A stretch of 64,000 bases of DNA from Candidatus Poribacteria bacterium (GCA_965218095.1 OZ244587.1:2336001-2400000), one strand, 5' to 3'. Positions 53,157 through 63,110 are shown, counted from the stretch's first letter. The notes: a model not told the origin generated them from the letters alone. Numbers and translations: made by a program.

Positions 53157-54302
53157 ATGAAAATCACAAACGTTCAAACATTCCTCGTTCATCCCGGTGG
53201 GGGCAAAAATTGGCTATTCGTCAAAGTGGAAACGGACGAGGGAGTTCACGGCTGGGGGGAGTGCTACACGCAAGCAGACCGTGATCGCACTATCGAAATC
53301 CATGTGCATCAGCTTGGGCGTTACCTCGTTGGGCGCAATCCGTTCAACATCAAGCATTTCACTTTCATGGCGTATCACGATTTCGCAGGGAAGCGCGGGT
53401 CAATGGAGCACTATTGCGCGATTAGCGGGATTGAGCACGCCCTCTGGGACATTGTGGGCAAGGCGTTGAATACCCCCGTCTATAACCTGTTGGGTGGCGC
53501 ATGCCGGGACAAGATTCGTGTCTACGCCAATGGCTGGGGTGGCAGCACAATTGAAGAACGCGCCGAGCGTGCCGTGCAACTGGTCGAGCAGGGATTTACC
53601 GCGATGAAGTTCGATCCGTTCCCCGGCCCGTGGCGCACACACATCAGCCGTGACGATGAACGGGAGGCGGTTGAGTGTGTGCGTGCGGTGCGCGAAGCCG
53701 TCGGTCCCGATGTAGATTTACTCGTCGAAGTCCACCGCCGTCTTGCGCCTGTCCACGCCATCCGCGTCGCCAAAATGATGGAAGCATTTCAGCCGTTCTG
53801 GTACGAAGAGCCCGTCTCTGCCCGCAACCTGGACGCTTTAGCCGAAGTTCGCCACGCGATTAATCTCCCTGTTGTCACTGGCGAAGAGCTCTACACAAAA
53901 GCAGAATTCCGCGAGGTCTTCGAGAAGAGCGCGGCCGACATTCTCAACCCGGACGTTTGCAACTGTGGCGGCATTTTGGAGATCAAAGAGATTGCTGCGA
54001 TGGCGGAGCCGTATTTCGTGGTCATGTCGCCACACAACTACAACAGCACGACCGTTGGGCTGGCGGCGACGGTGCAGGCATGCGCGGTGATGCCCAACTT
54101 CCTCATCACCGAATACTTCGTCAACTTCACCGGGCATGGGAATGCGATTTCGATTAACCCACTCACAGTTGAAAATGGCTACATCCAACTGCCGACTGGG
54201 CCGGGGTTAGGGCTGGAGTTAGATGAAGCCGCGCTGGCACAGTATCCGTATCGAGAGTTCCCAAACCGGCCCCTGCGTCAGTTTAACGAAGAAGGCCTAT
54301 GA
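53157..54302 (+). CDS. Galactonate dehydratase-like enolase-superfamily enzyme
   Basis: NWLFVKVETDEG, SGIEHALWDI, MKFDPF, EVH, YEEP, TGEE, SPHN. Confidence 0.9.
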   Translation: MKITNVQTFLVHPGGGKNWLFVKVETDEGVHGWGECYTQADRDRTIEIHVHQLGRYLVGRNPFNIKHFTFMAYHDFAGKRGSMEHYCAISGIEHALWDIVGKALNTPVYNLLGGACRDKIRVYANGWGGSTIEERAERAVQLVEQGFTAMKFDPFPGPWRTHISRDDEREAVECVRAVREAVGPDVDLLVEVHRRLAPVHAIRVAKMMEAFQPFWYEEPVSARNLDALAEVRHAINLPVVTGEELYTKAEFREVFEKSAADILNPDVCNCGGILEIKEIAAMAEPYFVVMSPHNYNSTTVGLAATVQACAVMPNFLITEYFVNFTGHGNAISINPLTVENGYIQLPTGPGLGLELDEAALAQYPYREFPNRPLRQFNEEGL

Positions 54303-54490
54303 TGATCTGTCCGTGGTGAGTAGGAAAGTAGGTTCAGGAGTTCAGGGGTTCATTTACGCAATACGAATTACGCATCACGTTTCAGGTTTTCGATACGGCA
54401 GCCTTTTCTTTCAAATTGACAGGGAAATAGGAATTGTGGTAAAGTTGCGAACAAGAACGCCGTATTGCGTATCCAAAAGGTTGTGATCTA

Positions 54491-55564
54491 ATGGAACAAC
54501 GTGCTAAATTATCAAAAGCCCTCCTGCTTTCGTTTATACTTCACCTTGTTTTCATGACGATATTGGGTGTTGTTCAGATGCGGCCCCAGAAGGCGGGGAA
54601 CGAATTATACATTCAGGTTGAAATTATCTCACAGCCTCGAAAACCGGCGCCTAAAGTATTGAAGCGACCACTGTACCTCTCTTCAGCTTCAAATTTACTG
54701 ACGCCTCAGTCTCAACAAATCATCGCAAGAAACCCTGTACTCCGTCCGCCTCGCCTGCAAATCTCCTCATTTCTGCTGCCCGGTCTTCCGACGGAACGAT
54801 CGTTTTCGATGTTGACTGAGGAAAGCATTCCACTTTCGACAACTTCCAATTCCGTCGGCGACACCTCCTTCCCCCCATCAGATTCGCAAATTTCTCGTGG
54901 AAGGGTGGGCGCCAGCAACGGTTTTGCCTTTGGCAACCAAGTTGGTCGACCACCGCAATCACTTGGTCTGGAATCCCAAACTGTCCTCCCCGAAATTACC
55001 AGCTTAACGCAGCTAGACCTCGCACTCGTCAAAATTGGCCGTCACCTTCTGCTGACACGCGAGAGCGATACGATCGATATTGTCTTCCTTATTGATGCAA
55101 GCAAAAGTATGCGGAATGATATTGACGCGGTGCGCAATCATCTGAACCAGATGACAGATCTCCTCAAAACGGAAGGATTGGACTTCACCGTTGGGCTCGT
55201 TGCGTTCCGGGATGGTATGACCTTCTCCCTGTTAGGCTGGAACTTTCAGGTGACGCCACAAACCACAGCAATTCGGCAGATAAAAAAGACGCTTAATAGC
55301 ATACGTTGCCGGGGTGGAGAAAAAGCGTTGGACGCGCTTGTCCGAGCAGCAAACGAAGTGAAATTTCGCAGAGGCGCCGAGCGGCGATTCATTTTGGTCA
55401 CGGATGAATATGTGAGCGGTTCATACTCACCGAAAAAGGTTTTGACGAAGATAAAATCGGAAAAAATCAGTGTCAACGTCATCGGACGCGATGAGCATTT
55501 TCAAAAGCTGCTGGCAGAAGGTACGGGGGGACTTTGGCTGCCGATTTCTAGCTTGAAGGAGTAA
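54491..55564 (+). CDS. Membrane-anchored vWA-domain protein
   Basis: N-terminal TM (SFILHL), Pro/Ser-rich linker, DASKSM MIDAS, GGE, LVTDE. Confidence 0.85.
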   Translation: MEQRAKLSKALLLSFILHLVFMTILGVVQMRPQKAGNELYIQVEIISQPRKPAPKVLKRPLYLSSASNLLTPQSQQIIARNPVLRPPRLQISSFLLPGLPTERSFSMLTEESIPLSTTSNSVGDTSFPPSDSQISRGRVGASNGFAFGNQVGRPPQSLGLESQTVLPEITSLTQLDLALVKIGRHLLLTRESDTIDIVFLIDASKSMRNDIDAVRNHLNQMTDLLKTEGLDFTVGLVAFRDGMTFSLLGWNFQVTPQTTAIRQIKKTLNSIRCRGGEKALDALVRAANEVKFRRGAERRFILVTDEYVSGSYSPKKVLTKIKSEKISVNVIGRDEHFQKLLAEGTGGLWLPISSLKE

Positions 55565-55666
55565 GTGAGAAAATGGAAGACAGAATGGAAGAGGAATTTC
55601 ACATTTCACGCATCACGCTTCACTCAAAACGACACTTTAGCGATAGCACAGAAAAGGAAGGCTGAA

Positions 55667-56851
55667 ATGACACAACAATCAATTATAAACTACTTCTTGC
55701 CGCCATTGATTCAGTTTGGCGCCGGGGCGATAAAAAACTTAGGGTCGCATGTTACCTCATTCGATGGGAATAAGCCACTCATTGTCACAGATGAAGGCGT
55801 CACAAACGCCGGCATTTTATCGAAAGCAGTTGAACCGTTATCAGACGCTCAAATTGATTATGCGGTTTTCGACGCTGTTCAGCCCAACCCAACGGATCTC
55901 AGTGTCCTCAAAGGGCTGGAGGCTCATCGTGCGGAAGGCTGTGACCTGGTGATTGCCGTCGGGGGCGGGAGCGTGATGGACGCGGCGAAGGCGATTCGCA
56001 TTCTGACGACTCACGAGCCGCCATTGGAGCCTTACTACGTTGATGTTGGTGGTATTGATCGGATTATCAACAATCTTCCCCCACTAATTTGTGTGCCGAC
56101 GACGGCGGGGACAGGCAGTGAGGTGTCACAGGGTGCGATAATCACTGATACGTTGGGGCGCACAACCGAGGGATGGCGGAAGCGGGCGATTAGTACGCCT
56201 TATAATATGGCCTCCCTTGCGCTACTCGATCCGGAATTGACGGTGGGTATGCCGGCTGCCTTGACGGCGGCGACAGGTATGGATGCAGTGACACACGGGG
56301 TTGAGGCTTATGTGGCCACGCGATACCATCCGATTGCGGAGGGCGTTGCACTGCAAGCTTTGAAAACTCTCGGTAAAAACATCCGCCAGGCTTACCATCG
56401 CGGCGACGATATCGAAGCGCGAGGCGAAATGCTAATTGCTTCTGCAATGGCAGCGTTTTCCTTTCAGAAGGGGCTCGGCGCCGTCCACTCCCTCGCTCAT
56501 CAGCTTTCAACGGAAGCGGATATCCCGCACGGTGTTGCAAACGCGATCTTGCTGCCAGAGGTCATGGCGTTTAATTTGTCCGATGCCGTTGATGGGTATG
56601 CAGACATCGCTGCGGTGTTGGGCGTTGATACGTCAGGTATGTCAAGGGAAGAAGCCGCGCATGCCGCAATCGCAGAAGTGCGAGCACTGAACAAGGAATT
56701 CAGCATGCCGCCGGGGTTGGGTGCAGCCGGCTTGAAGCACGAACGTATTCCCAAAATCGCGAAGGACGCAATGCTTGACCACTGCTATAAATTTAACCCG
56801 CGTCCTTGCAGCGAGGCGGATATGCGAGAGTTATACGAGGCTGCATTTTAA
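55667..56851 (+). CDS. Iron-containing alcohol dehydrogenase
   Basis: GGGSVMDAAK, PTTAGTGSE, DAVTH, HSLAH, HGVANA. Confidence 0.95.
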   Translation: MTQQSIINYFLPPLIQFGAGAIKNLGSHVTSFDGNKPLIVTDEGVTNAGILSKAVEPLSDAQIDYAVFDAVQPNPTDLSVLKGLEAHRAEGCDLVIAVGGGSVMDAAKAIRILTTHEPPLEPYYVDVGGIDRIINNLPPLICVPTTAGTGSEVSQGAIITDTLGRTTEGWRKRAISTPYNMASLALLDPELTVGMPAALTAATGMDAVTHGVEAYVATRYHPIAEGVALQALKTLGKNIRQAYHRGDDIEARGEMLIASAMAAFSFQKGLGAVHSLAHQLSTEADIPHGVANAILLPEVMAFNLSDAVDGYADIAAVLGVDTSGMSREEAAHAAIAEVRALNKEFSMPPGLGAAGLKHERIPKIAKDAMLDHCYKFNPRPCSEADMRELYEAAF

Positions 56852-57244
56852 CTCGATAAGATTCGTTTATCATACAAAATTACGATAAGCGTAGCTCAGA
56901 TTCAGAAGAAGTCGGTTTCAACGCCTTTTTCAAACATCTATCATCTTCAGTTGACCTACGTTGGAACAGTTTCATCTTCTGCTCCTGATAAACGACTCCT
57001 AAAAACACCTCGACCCGACATCGAGTCTATTACATATAGGAAAACAAGAAGTGGCGTTGTACAACCTTCTTGCAGGTACTAATTCGCCTTTGGGTGTCGG
57101 TGAGGACTTACCAGAAATAGACTCCGCGTAGACTCAAGATCCTATCTATCTTGATTCCCAGGCAGGAGGGCCAACTTAGAAAGTTAGGCTACAATAGAAT
57201 CCGCGTTCTAATTAACTCGTGAAATTAGCGATTTTTAATAATTG

Positions 57245-57273
57245 TTGACAAAAGTTTGCAAGTATGCTATGCT
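57245..57273 (+). promoter_or_regulatory. sigma70-like promoter
   Basis: TTGACA-N17-TATGCT with TG extension. Confidence 0.65.
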
Positions 57274-57279
57274 ATAAAT

Positions 57280-57458
57280 ACCCTTTGAAAAGAAAGGAGG
57301 TGATCATTCTTGTTACCATCTAGCGGAATGATCAAGGGAGGTGCTGTCTTTTAGGAGACAGCGCTCCCCATCAAGGGAGATTCTCTCTCAGGAGACGGCA
57401 CCTCCCTTGATCTTAACGTAGATGTTGAGCAGGGCTGAAGTTTTAGCCCTGCTTTTTT
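57280..57458 (+). ncRNA. Candidate structured leader RNA or sRNA with micro-ORF; family unknown
   Basis: Lies between a promoter and a terminator; one 5' arm has two alternative complementary arms; very strong SD. Confidence 0.5.
57428..57458 (+). terminator. Rho-independent terminator
   Basis: GCAGGGCTGAA-g-TTTTAGCCCTGC followed by T6. Confidence 0.8.
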
Positions 57459-57485
57459 ATTTCAACGGTGAAAGAGGGGAAAACA

Positions 57486-58112
57486 ATGATACAGACACCA
57501 CCGGAATCAGCAATTATCCTTTTTGACGGTAAAGGCCTCAACAATTGGACGACACGTGATAGCGATCCGGCGGTATGGGAGGTTGCTGACGGCGCAATGA
57601 CCGTGGTTGCTGGCGGCGGCGGTATCATGACGGTGGAGACGTTTACCGATTTCATGCTTCATTTGGAGTTTATGACCCCCGACATGCCAGAGGCAACGGG
57701 ACAGGCGAAGGGAAACAGTGGCGTATTCCTTCAAGGTCGGTATGAAATTCAGGTGTTAGATTCCTATGGCATTGAGACGCCGGGTAAGGGCGACTGCGGC
57801 GCGATTTACAACCAATTTGCAGCGTTAGTGAACGCTTGTAAACCGCCGTTGGAGTGGCAAACCTACGACGTGATATTCCGGATGGCTCGCGTCGATGAGT
57901 CGGGAGAGGTGATCGAACAGGCGCGGATGACCGTTCTGCAAAACGGAGTGGTAATTCAGAATAACACCCAGGTGTTGGGCGCCACAGGAGACCTCCTCAG
58001 CGAAAACGTCGGGGAGCCTGGTCCCTTATTACTGCAAGACCACGGCAACTCGGTAAAGTATCGCAACATCTGGATTGTGCCACTCCCCCTGAAAGGGTCG
58101 GACGTATACTAA
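57486..58112 (+). CDS. DUF1080 (3-keto-disaccharide hydrolase-like) protein
   Basis: LFDGK, GNSGVFLQGRYEIQVLDS, EWQTYDV, LQDHG..YRNIW. Confidence 0.92.
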   Translation: MIQTPPESAIILFDGKGLNNWTTRDSDPAVWEVADGAMTVVAGGGGIMTVETFTDFMLHLEFMTPDMPEATGQAKGNSGVFLQGRYEIQVLDSYGIETPGKGDCGAIYNQFAALVNACKPPLEWQTYDVIFRMARVDESGEVIEQARMTVLQNGVVIQNNTQVLGATGDLLSENVGEPGPLLLQDHGNSVKYRNIWIVPLPLKGSDVY

Positions 58113-58140
58113 TCAGCGTTGGAAGTAAGAAGCGATAATC

Positions 58141-58176
58141 AAAAAGCATCGGGAGTTCGTTCCCGGTGCTTTTTTT
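58141..58176. terminator. Bidirectional terminator
   Basis: AAAAAGCATCGGGA-loop-TCCCGGTGCTTTTTT between convergent genes. Confidence 0.75.
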
Positions 58177-58262
58177 GCCCTGCGACACGAGATATTTTTG
58201 AAAGTATCGGAGAGGAGATACCATAAAGATTACCGCTATGAAAATCCACCAGGTGAGAAATC

Positions 58263-59267
58263 TCAGTTTTCCTTCTGCGGCATTCTGTAGGTCTCGCTCG
58301 CAACGTTCAGGGTATCAATCGCCTCGGCGGGGAGTGTCAGCTTTGTACCAGCGAAATTGTCCTCGATGTGCTCGGGACTCTCTGCACCCGCAAGCACGCT
58401 GGTTATCTCCAGATGAGTCAACACCCAGGCGATGCAAACCTGGCTTCGGGTCACGCTCAGATCTCGAGCCACCCCATTCAGCACGCCTATCAGCGTTGCC
58501 AGCGGTGTGCCCGGATTGACACTGCGCCCCGGCGCGAGGTGCCCCGTGTCCAGAGGGCTAAAAGCGAGGAGGCCCAGCCCCGATCGCCGCAGCACAGGGA
58601 ACATCTCTTGCTCCAGTTGGCGCACACGGGAATCGCCGACATCATTTAAGGACTCCCCGGCGATATTGTAGTAGTCTTCGATCCCAGCAATGGGGGTTTT
58701 GCCCGTCCTTCTGCCGAGTTCGACGTATTCGCTCACCTTTGCAGCGCTATGGTTGGACACGCCCCAGTACCGAATCTTGCCGGCCCGCACCAGCGCGTCC
58801 ATCGAATCAACAATCTCCGCTGCCTGTGTGGCCTTGTCCGGTTGATGGAGCAGGTAGAGGTCAATGTAGTCCGTATCTAGGCGCTTGAGACTGTCTTCTG
58901 CTTGCCGAAACAGAAAATCTCGGGTAAAACACGCGGGTTTCCCGCCGCCATCTTCTTTTTCTGGCTGATAAGATGCCGCCACTTTCGTGCAAATGACCGC
59001 TTGATCACGCTTCCCCGCGATGGCCTTGCCAAGGGCCTCCTCTGAACCGCCCCAACCGTAGGCGTTGGACGAATCGAAGAAGTTCACGCCCACGTCAAGA
59101 CAGTGCTGCAGAACGTGCAAGCCTATCAGATTATCCGCTGCCCGTGGCATGTTGCGGAATGCGGTCCCCTGGCAGAGGCGCGAGACGTACAGATCCGTAT
59201 TACCAAAACGCACTAGATGCGAAGGCTGATGCACCCCTGAGTCTGAGTAGTTATTTGTACGTGCCAT
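58263..59267 (-). CDS. Aldo/keto reductase
   Basis: GVNFFDSSNAYG, SLKRLDTDYIDLYLLH, GKIRYWGVSN. Confidence 0.92.
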   Translation of the reverse strand: MARTNNYSDSGVHQPSHLVRFGNTDLYVSRLCQGTAFRNMPRAADNLIGLHVLQHCLDVGVNFFDSSNAYGWGGSEEALGKAIAGKRDQAVICTKVAASYQPEKEDGGGKPACFTRDFLFRQAEDSLKRLDTDYIDLYLLHQPDKATQAAEIVDSMDALVRAGKIRYWGVSNHSAAKVSEYVELGRRTGKTPIAGIEDYYNIAGESLNDVGDSRVRQLEQEMFPVLRRSGLGLLAFSPLDTGHLAPGRSVNPGTPLATLIGVLNGVARDLSVTRSQVCIAWVLTHLEITSVLAGAESPEHIEDNFAGTKLTLPAEAIDTLNVASETYRMPQKEN

Positions 59268-59366
59268 AACAATTCCCCAAATTGAATTCATAGATCCTTT
59301 GAAAGGTTGGTTAATGGTTCAATCTATAAGTCCGTATAGCGAACCTTTCAAAGGCTCCGGTTATGC

Positions 59367-60983
59367 CTAATAGTCGATCGGTTCCCGTTTGAAACTACGG
59401 TGGAGGCGGTATCGGATAGCGCAGTCAACGTCGTAGACTTCAAAAGAATTTTCGATATTTCGATCGCGTTTCATCAGTGTGATCTTCACCGTGTTGTGCC
59501 CTGGCTGTGGATAATATTCAGGTGTGAGGTGGTATTCATACACTTGCCCATAGGGTCCCACAGCCCCCGTGCTGATTAGGCGGTAGTTCAAGTCGTTTAG
59601 GACTAGAATGGAATCCGGCAGATGTTGACCGTTAAGCTCGATTCGGACATTGTTCAACGACGGCTCAAGACCCGTCAGGCGAACCCGCAGGCAAACGGAC
59701 TCAACCCTTCCCAGAGCGTGCCAGTGTGCTAAATCGTCGCTCATCCGCAGTCGTACCTCCACCGGCTCTCCTTCAATGAGCGTCCGCGGCAGAGCAGGAG
59801 ATACACCAGGCGCCCAGTTATAACCCTTAGTGCCGCTCCGCGCCTCGGAGCGAACCCGGTAGAGCTTGTCAGCCGCTGCCAGCATTTCAGGGTGACCGAG
59901 CAGGCGCAAGGTCTGGTACTCGTCGCGCAGCCAGGGCCAACCGTTGGGCGTCCAGTGCGCGTCTCCAATCCCAAAACCATCTGCGCCCTGGGCATAGGCA
60001 TTCGCCGCCGCCGCCCAGATTATCGGCGGTGTTGCGTATTGGTTGAGTTGCCTGCCGAGCACGTTCTGGAAAGCAACAAGCAGCCGACATTCGGTCCCAC
60101 GGACGAGATCTACTGCGCCCGACAGATCGGGGTCCTGGTCTACTGGCCCCTGTGTGAGTCCGGGCTGACAAATCAGGCCATCCACAAGTTTCTCCGAGAT
60201 CCAACGGGGGACGTCGTACCCAAGCACCTGCCAGGCATCCGGGTGCGCCGGGATGCGGACGTAGATGCGTTTACGGCGTCCTCGGGCTTGTTCAGCTTTC
60301 CGGGCGACTCTGCGCAAGTCGCGCAGCCATTGGGTCATGACCGGAGCGAGTTGCTCAACCTCGCTGAACTTGCAGAAAGGAACGAAGTCAGTCATGTTCA
60401 GTTCAATCCCATCGGTCTCGTAGCGAGCGAGCAATTCCTCCGAGACACGGAAGCGTTCCTCCCGGGCCTCGGGGTGCAAAAAACTGAACCGAGTCGGCGA
60501 AACGTCCGAGGCGCGCGAATCTTCCTCCTCACCGACCTGAAACCTCGGATGATCGTACACAAAGTCAGACTTGCGACCCAACCCGCCATCGGTCGCTCGG
60601 TCTCCGCCAGAAAGGGTGACCGGGTTGCTGGGAATGAACCAGAGCCCTTTTTCGTGGCAGCGGTCACAGAGCAGCTTCAGCGGGTCGTGGCCGTCGGCAA
60701 CGAGTTGCTGAATGTTTCGCCCGGCGCGATACCAGACCGTGTGGGTCCATTTGACGACATTGTCTCCCCACTTCTGTGCGACGCGGCTATCATACATCAC
60801 TACGCCTCCCTCAAGGACCGCGAAGTATATGAGGGTGTCCACGCCGCTGTCAGCAAGTTGATCCACGTTGAGCGTGAAATCCGAGGGATCCAGGGGAGGT
60901 TCAAATTGATAGAGACTGGCTGCGTGACGCCCGTCATCGAACATGAAGACGCGAGGTTCGTCCAAGGAGTTTCTTCGTTTCAT
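59367..60983 (-). CDS. Hypothetical TIM-barrel protein, glycoside hydrolase-like (GHL10/DUF187-like)
   Basis: DPLKLLCDRCHEKGL, PEAREERF..YETDGIELN; C-terminal beta domain. Confidence 0.65.
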   Translation of the reverse strand: MKRRNSLDEPRVFMFDDGRHAASLYQFEPPLDPSDFTLNVDQLADSGVDTLIYFAVLEGGVVMYDSRVAQKWGDNVVKWTHTVWYRAGRNIQQLVADGHDPLKLLCDRCHEKGLWFIPSNPVTLSGGDRATDGGLGRKSDFVYDHPRFQVGEEEDSRASDVSPTRFSFLHPEAREERFRVSEELLARYETDGIELNMTDFVPFCKFSEVEQLAPVMTQWLRDLRRVARKAEQARGRRKRIYVRIPAHPDAWQVLGYDVPRWISEKLVDGLICQPGLTQGPVDQDPDLSGAVDLVRGTECRLLVAFQNVLGRQLNQYATPPIIWAAAANAYAQGADGFGIGDAHWTPNGWPWLRDEYQTLRLLGHPEMLAAADKLYRVRSEARSGTKGYNWAPGVSPALPRTLIEGEPVEVRLRMSDDLAHWHALGRVESVCLRVRLTGLEPSLNNVRIELNGQHLPDSILVLNDLNYRLISTGAVGPYGQVYEYHLTPEYYPQPGHNTVKITLMKRDRNIENSFEVYDVDCAIRYRLHRSFKREPIDY

Positions 60984-61089
60984 AGAGTCCTGCCTCTCTG
61001 GTAGAGAACTTGATAAAGGTAGGTTTTTGAAACACGAGAATTACAAAATTGCCCCATTACACCACACCGTCATCAAAAATCAAACCTGA

Positions 61090-61128
61090 GCCGAAAAGGT
61101 CGAACAGGAATTTTTCGTTATCGGTCAT
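61090..61128 (-). pseudogene. 13-codon N-terminal stub of a PhyH-family gene
   Basis: GGAGG RBS then MTDNEKFLFDLFG, matching MTDEQKYLFDLQG at 38612. Confidence 0.55.
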
Positions 61129-61355
61129 TTGAGTTTCCTCCTCTAACCATCTCAATATCGATAAAGATGTCAAATATCATATCATACTACGTTGTTTTTG
61201 GTGTACAATATTCCGACTCCTATGGTAACGATTTTCTGGCTGTCGGAAAGTGGGCATATTTTTTCTGACATCCAGTTGGAGTTTAACCTATATTTTCTCA
61301 TATCTACCTTCTGCGAGGAAGGGAAGGAACACGCCAATTGAAAGGAAAAAACCGT

Positions 61356-62330
61356 ATGCAGGCAGATACCTCGGATCGACTCAAAATTGTTGTTCCCGGC
61401 GATAACCCCCCGCAGATACAGGGGTCGCCGCACCTGAAAGGGCTGGAGCCTTATGGCGATGTGATTTTGCACACGGATCGCCCGGAATCGCTTGAGGAAA
61501 AAATTAACCGTGCGAAAGACGCCGATATTCTGATGAACACTCGCGGCATCGTGACCTGGCCCGCCGAAGCCTTGCGTCAACTGCCGAAACTGCGGATGAT
61601 TACGACGTGTTCGATTGGGACGGACATGATCGATTTAGAGACAGCAAGGAAGCTCGGCATTGTCGTCTCCAATCAGCCCGGTCGCACGGCGCCTGTTGTT
61701 GCTGAGCACGGATTTGGGCTGATGTTCGCCGCCGCCAAGCGAGCCGCCTTCATGACAACGGCGGTGAAAGCCGGTCAATGGCCCCGGATGGACAACATCT
61801 ATCTGGGTGGCAAAACGTTGGGGGTTGTCGGAACAGGGAATATCGGCTCGGAGATGGCGCGGCTCGGTCAAGCCATCGGGATGAACGTGATTGCGTGGAC
61901 GTTTAACCCTTCGCCTGAACGGGCGGCGCAACTTGGGATTCAGTATGTGGAGTTGAATGAACTCCTGCGAACCGCTGATGTCGTCAGCCTCCACGTTAAG
62001 TTGACCGATGATAGCCGACATCTCATCGGTAAACGGGAGCTTGAACTGATGAAGCCCAACGCACTGGTAATCAATGTCGCACGCGGCGAGGTCGTCGATG
62101 CGGATGCGCTCGTTGAGGCGCTGAATTCCGGGCATCTCGGCGGCGCTGCGATCGATGTCTATGATCAAGAGCCCCCACCCGCCAATCACCCGCTCCTTGC
62201 TTGTGAGCAGGTCGTCCTCTCACCCCACTGTGCCGACATGACACCAGAGGGTGTGGACCTGCTCAACGAAGGCGCTGTCGATAACGTTATCGCCTTCCTG
62301 AAGGGAGAGCCACAAAACGTCGTGACGTAA
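61356..62330 (+). CDS. D-isomer-specific 2-hydroxyacid dehydrogenase
   Basis: GVVGTGNIG, INVARG, DVYDQEP, SPHCA. Confidence 0.93.
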   Translation: MQADTSDRLKIVVPGDNPPQIQGSPHLKGLEPYGDVILHTDRPESLEEKINRAKDADILMNTRGIVTWPAEALRQLPKLRMITTCSIGTDMIDLETARKLGIVVSNQPGRTAPVVAEHGFGLMFAAAKRAAFMTTAVKAGQWPRMDNIYLGGKTLGVVGTGNIGSEMARLGQAIGMNVIAWTFNPSPERAAQLGIQYVELNELLRTADVVSLHVKLTDDSRHLIGKRELELMKPNALVINVARGEVVDADALVEALNSGHLGGAAIDVYDQEPPPANHPLLACEQVVLSPHCADMTPEGVDLLNEGAVDNVIAFLKGEPQNVVT

Positions 62331-62427
62331 GGCTACACGATATAAGCATTGTCAATGTTTTTCGGAAAAACTCGGTTTCTTTGCACATGAGTCTCAAACA
62401 TTTTTGCAATTTAGGAGGATTTAGAAA

Positions 62428-62940
62428 ATGTATTTCAAAAAGCCGAAGAAGCTATTGGGGATAGCGCTACTGTCTTTTGTCGTGAGCCTAGCAGGTTGCG
62501 CCAAAACTCAATTTGTTGTCCTTCGTGATGTGCCAGAATCTCCATCTTTCGTTGTCATTCCGGCAAATGACTATCTGCGCGAGGTTGAGTTTGCAAACAG
62601 CATAGAGGACGCTATTATTAGTGCAGGCGTCAAGGTTGTTATACGTCCAGCAACTAAAAAAGTCACAACGGAGAAAACAATTCAGGGAGCAGAAGGCAAG
62701 CAAGGCACTGGCGAGAAATTGATTCTAGCCGCAGACTCGAAATTGATTGAAAGATACTCCGCGTTTGAGGATATTGACGCCGATTACATTGTGCGAACCT
62801 ACGTTTCTTCTCAGCAAGTTAAAATTGCAAAAAGGGAAACGCGGGAGATCTTAGCGGTTTTGAAAAAGTCTCCCCCATTCTTCTGGCCGACGACGATTTA
62901 TAAGGCGTTGGCAAAGATGGGGATTCCTGTAAGGAACTGA
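62428..62940 (+). CDS. Hypothetical lipoprotein
   Basis: AGGAGG RBS; lipobox LAGC. Confidence 0.75.
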   Translation: MYFKKPKKLLGIALLSFVVSLAGCAKTQFVVLRDVPESPSFVVIPANDYLREVEFANSIEDAIISAGVKVVIRPATKKVTTEKTIQGAEGKQGTGEKLILAADSKLIERYSAFEDIDADYIVRTYVSSQQVKIAKRETREILAVLKKSPPFFWPTTIYKALAKMGIPVRN

Positions 62941-62964
62941 AACAGAGCCCTACAGAAAAGACAG

Positions 62965-63110
62965 CGAGGCTTCCCCTCGCCTGCGGGGGAATAGAGGGGG
63001 GTAAGAATCACACGATTGCCAAATCCGACGGTGGGTCTGGATTTGGCAACCCAGACCGAGCGAGAAGCAGTCTGCTTTCAGTTTCCAGAATCCAAAGTGC
63101 GTAAGCCCTA
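62965..63110. repeat. REP-like hairpins plus a solitary IS701/MITE-type end
   Basis: CCCCTCGCCTGCGGGGG hairpin; TTGCCAAATCC..GGATTTGGCAA inverted repeat; TGCGTAAGCCCTA at 63098-63110. Confidence 0.5.

Noticed and set aside
56880-56976. 31-codon minus-strand ORF with AGGAG upstream
   Set aside because: Too short and featureless to call.
57292-57305. 16S rRNA fragment on the minus strand
   Set aside because: The match is limited to the anti-SD tail; the flanking sequence is not rRNA-like.
59892-61004. 370-aa plus-strand ORF
   Set aside because: Antisense shadow of 59367-60983 with no recognisable motifs.
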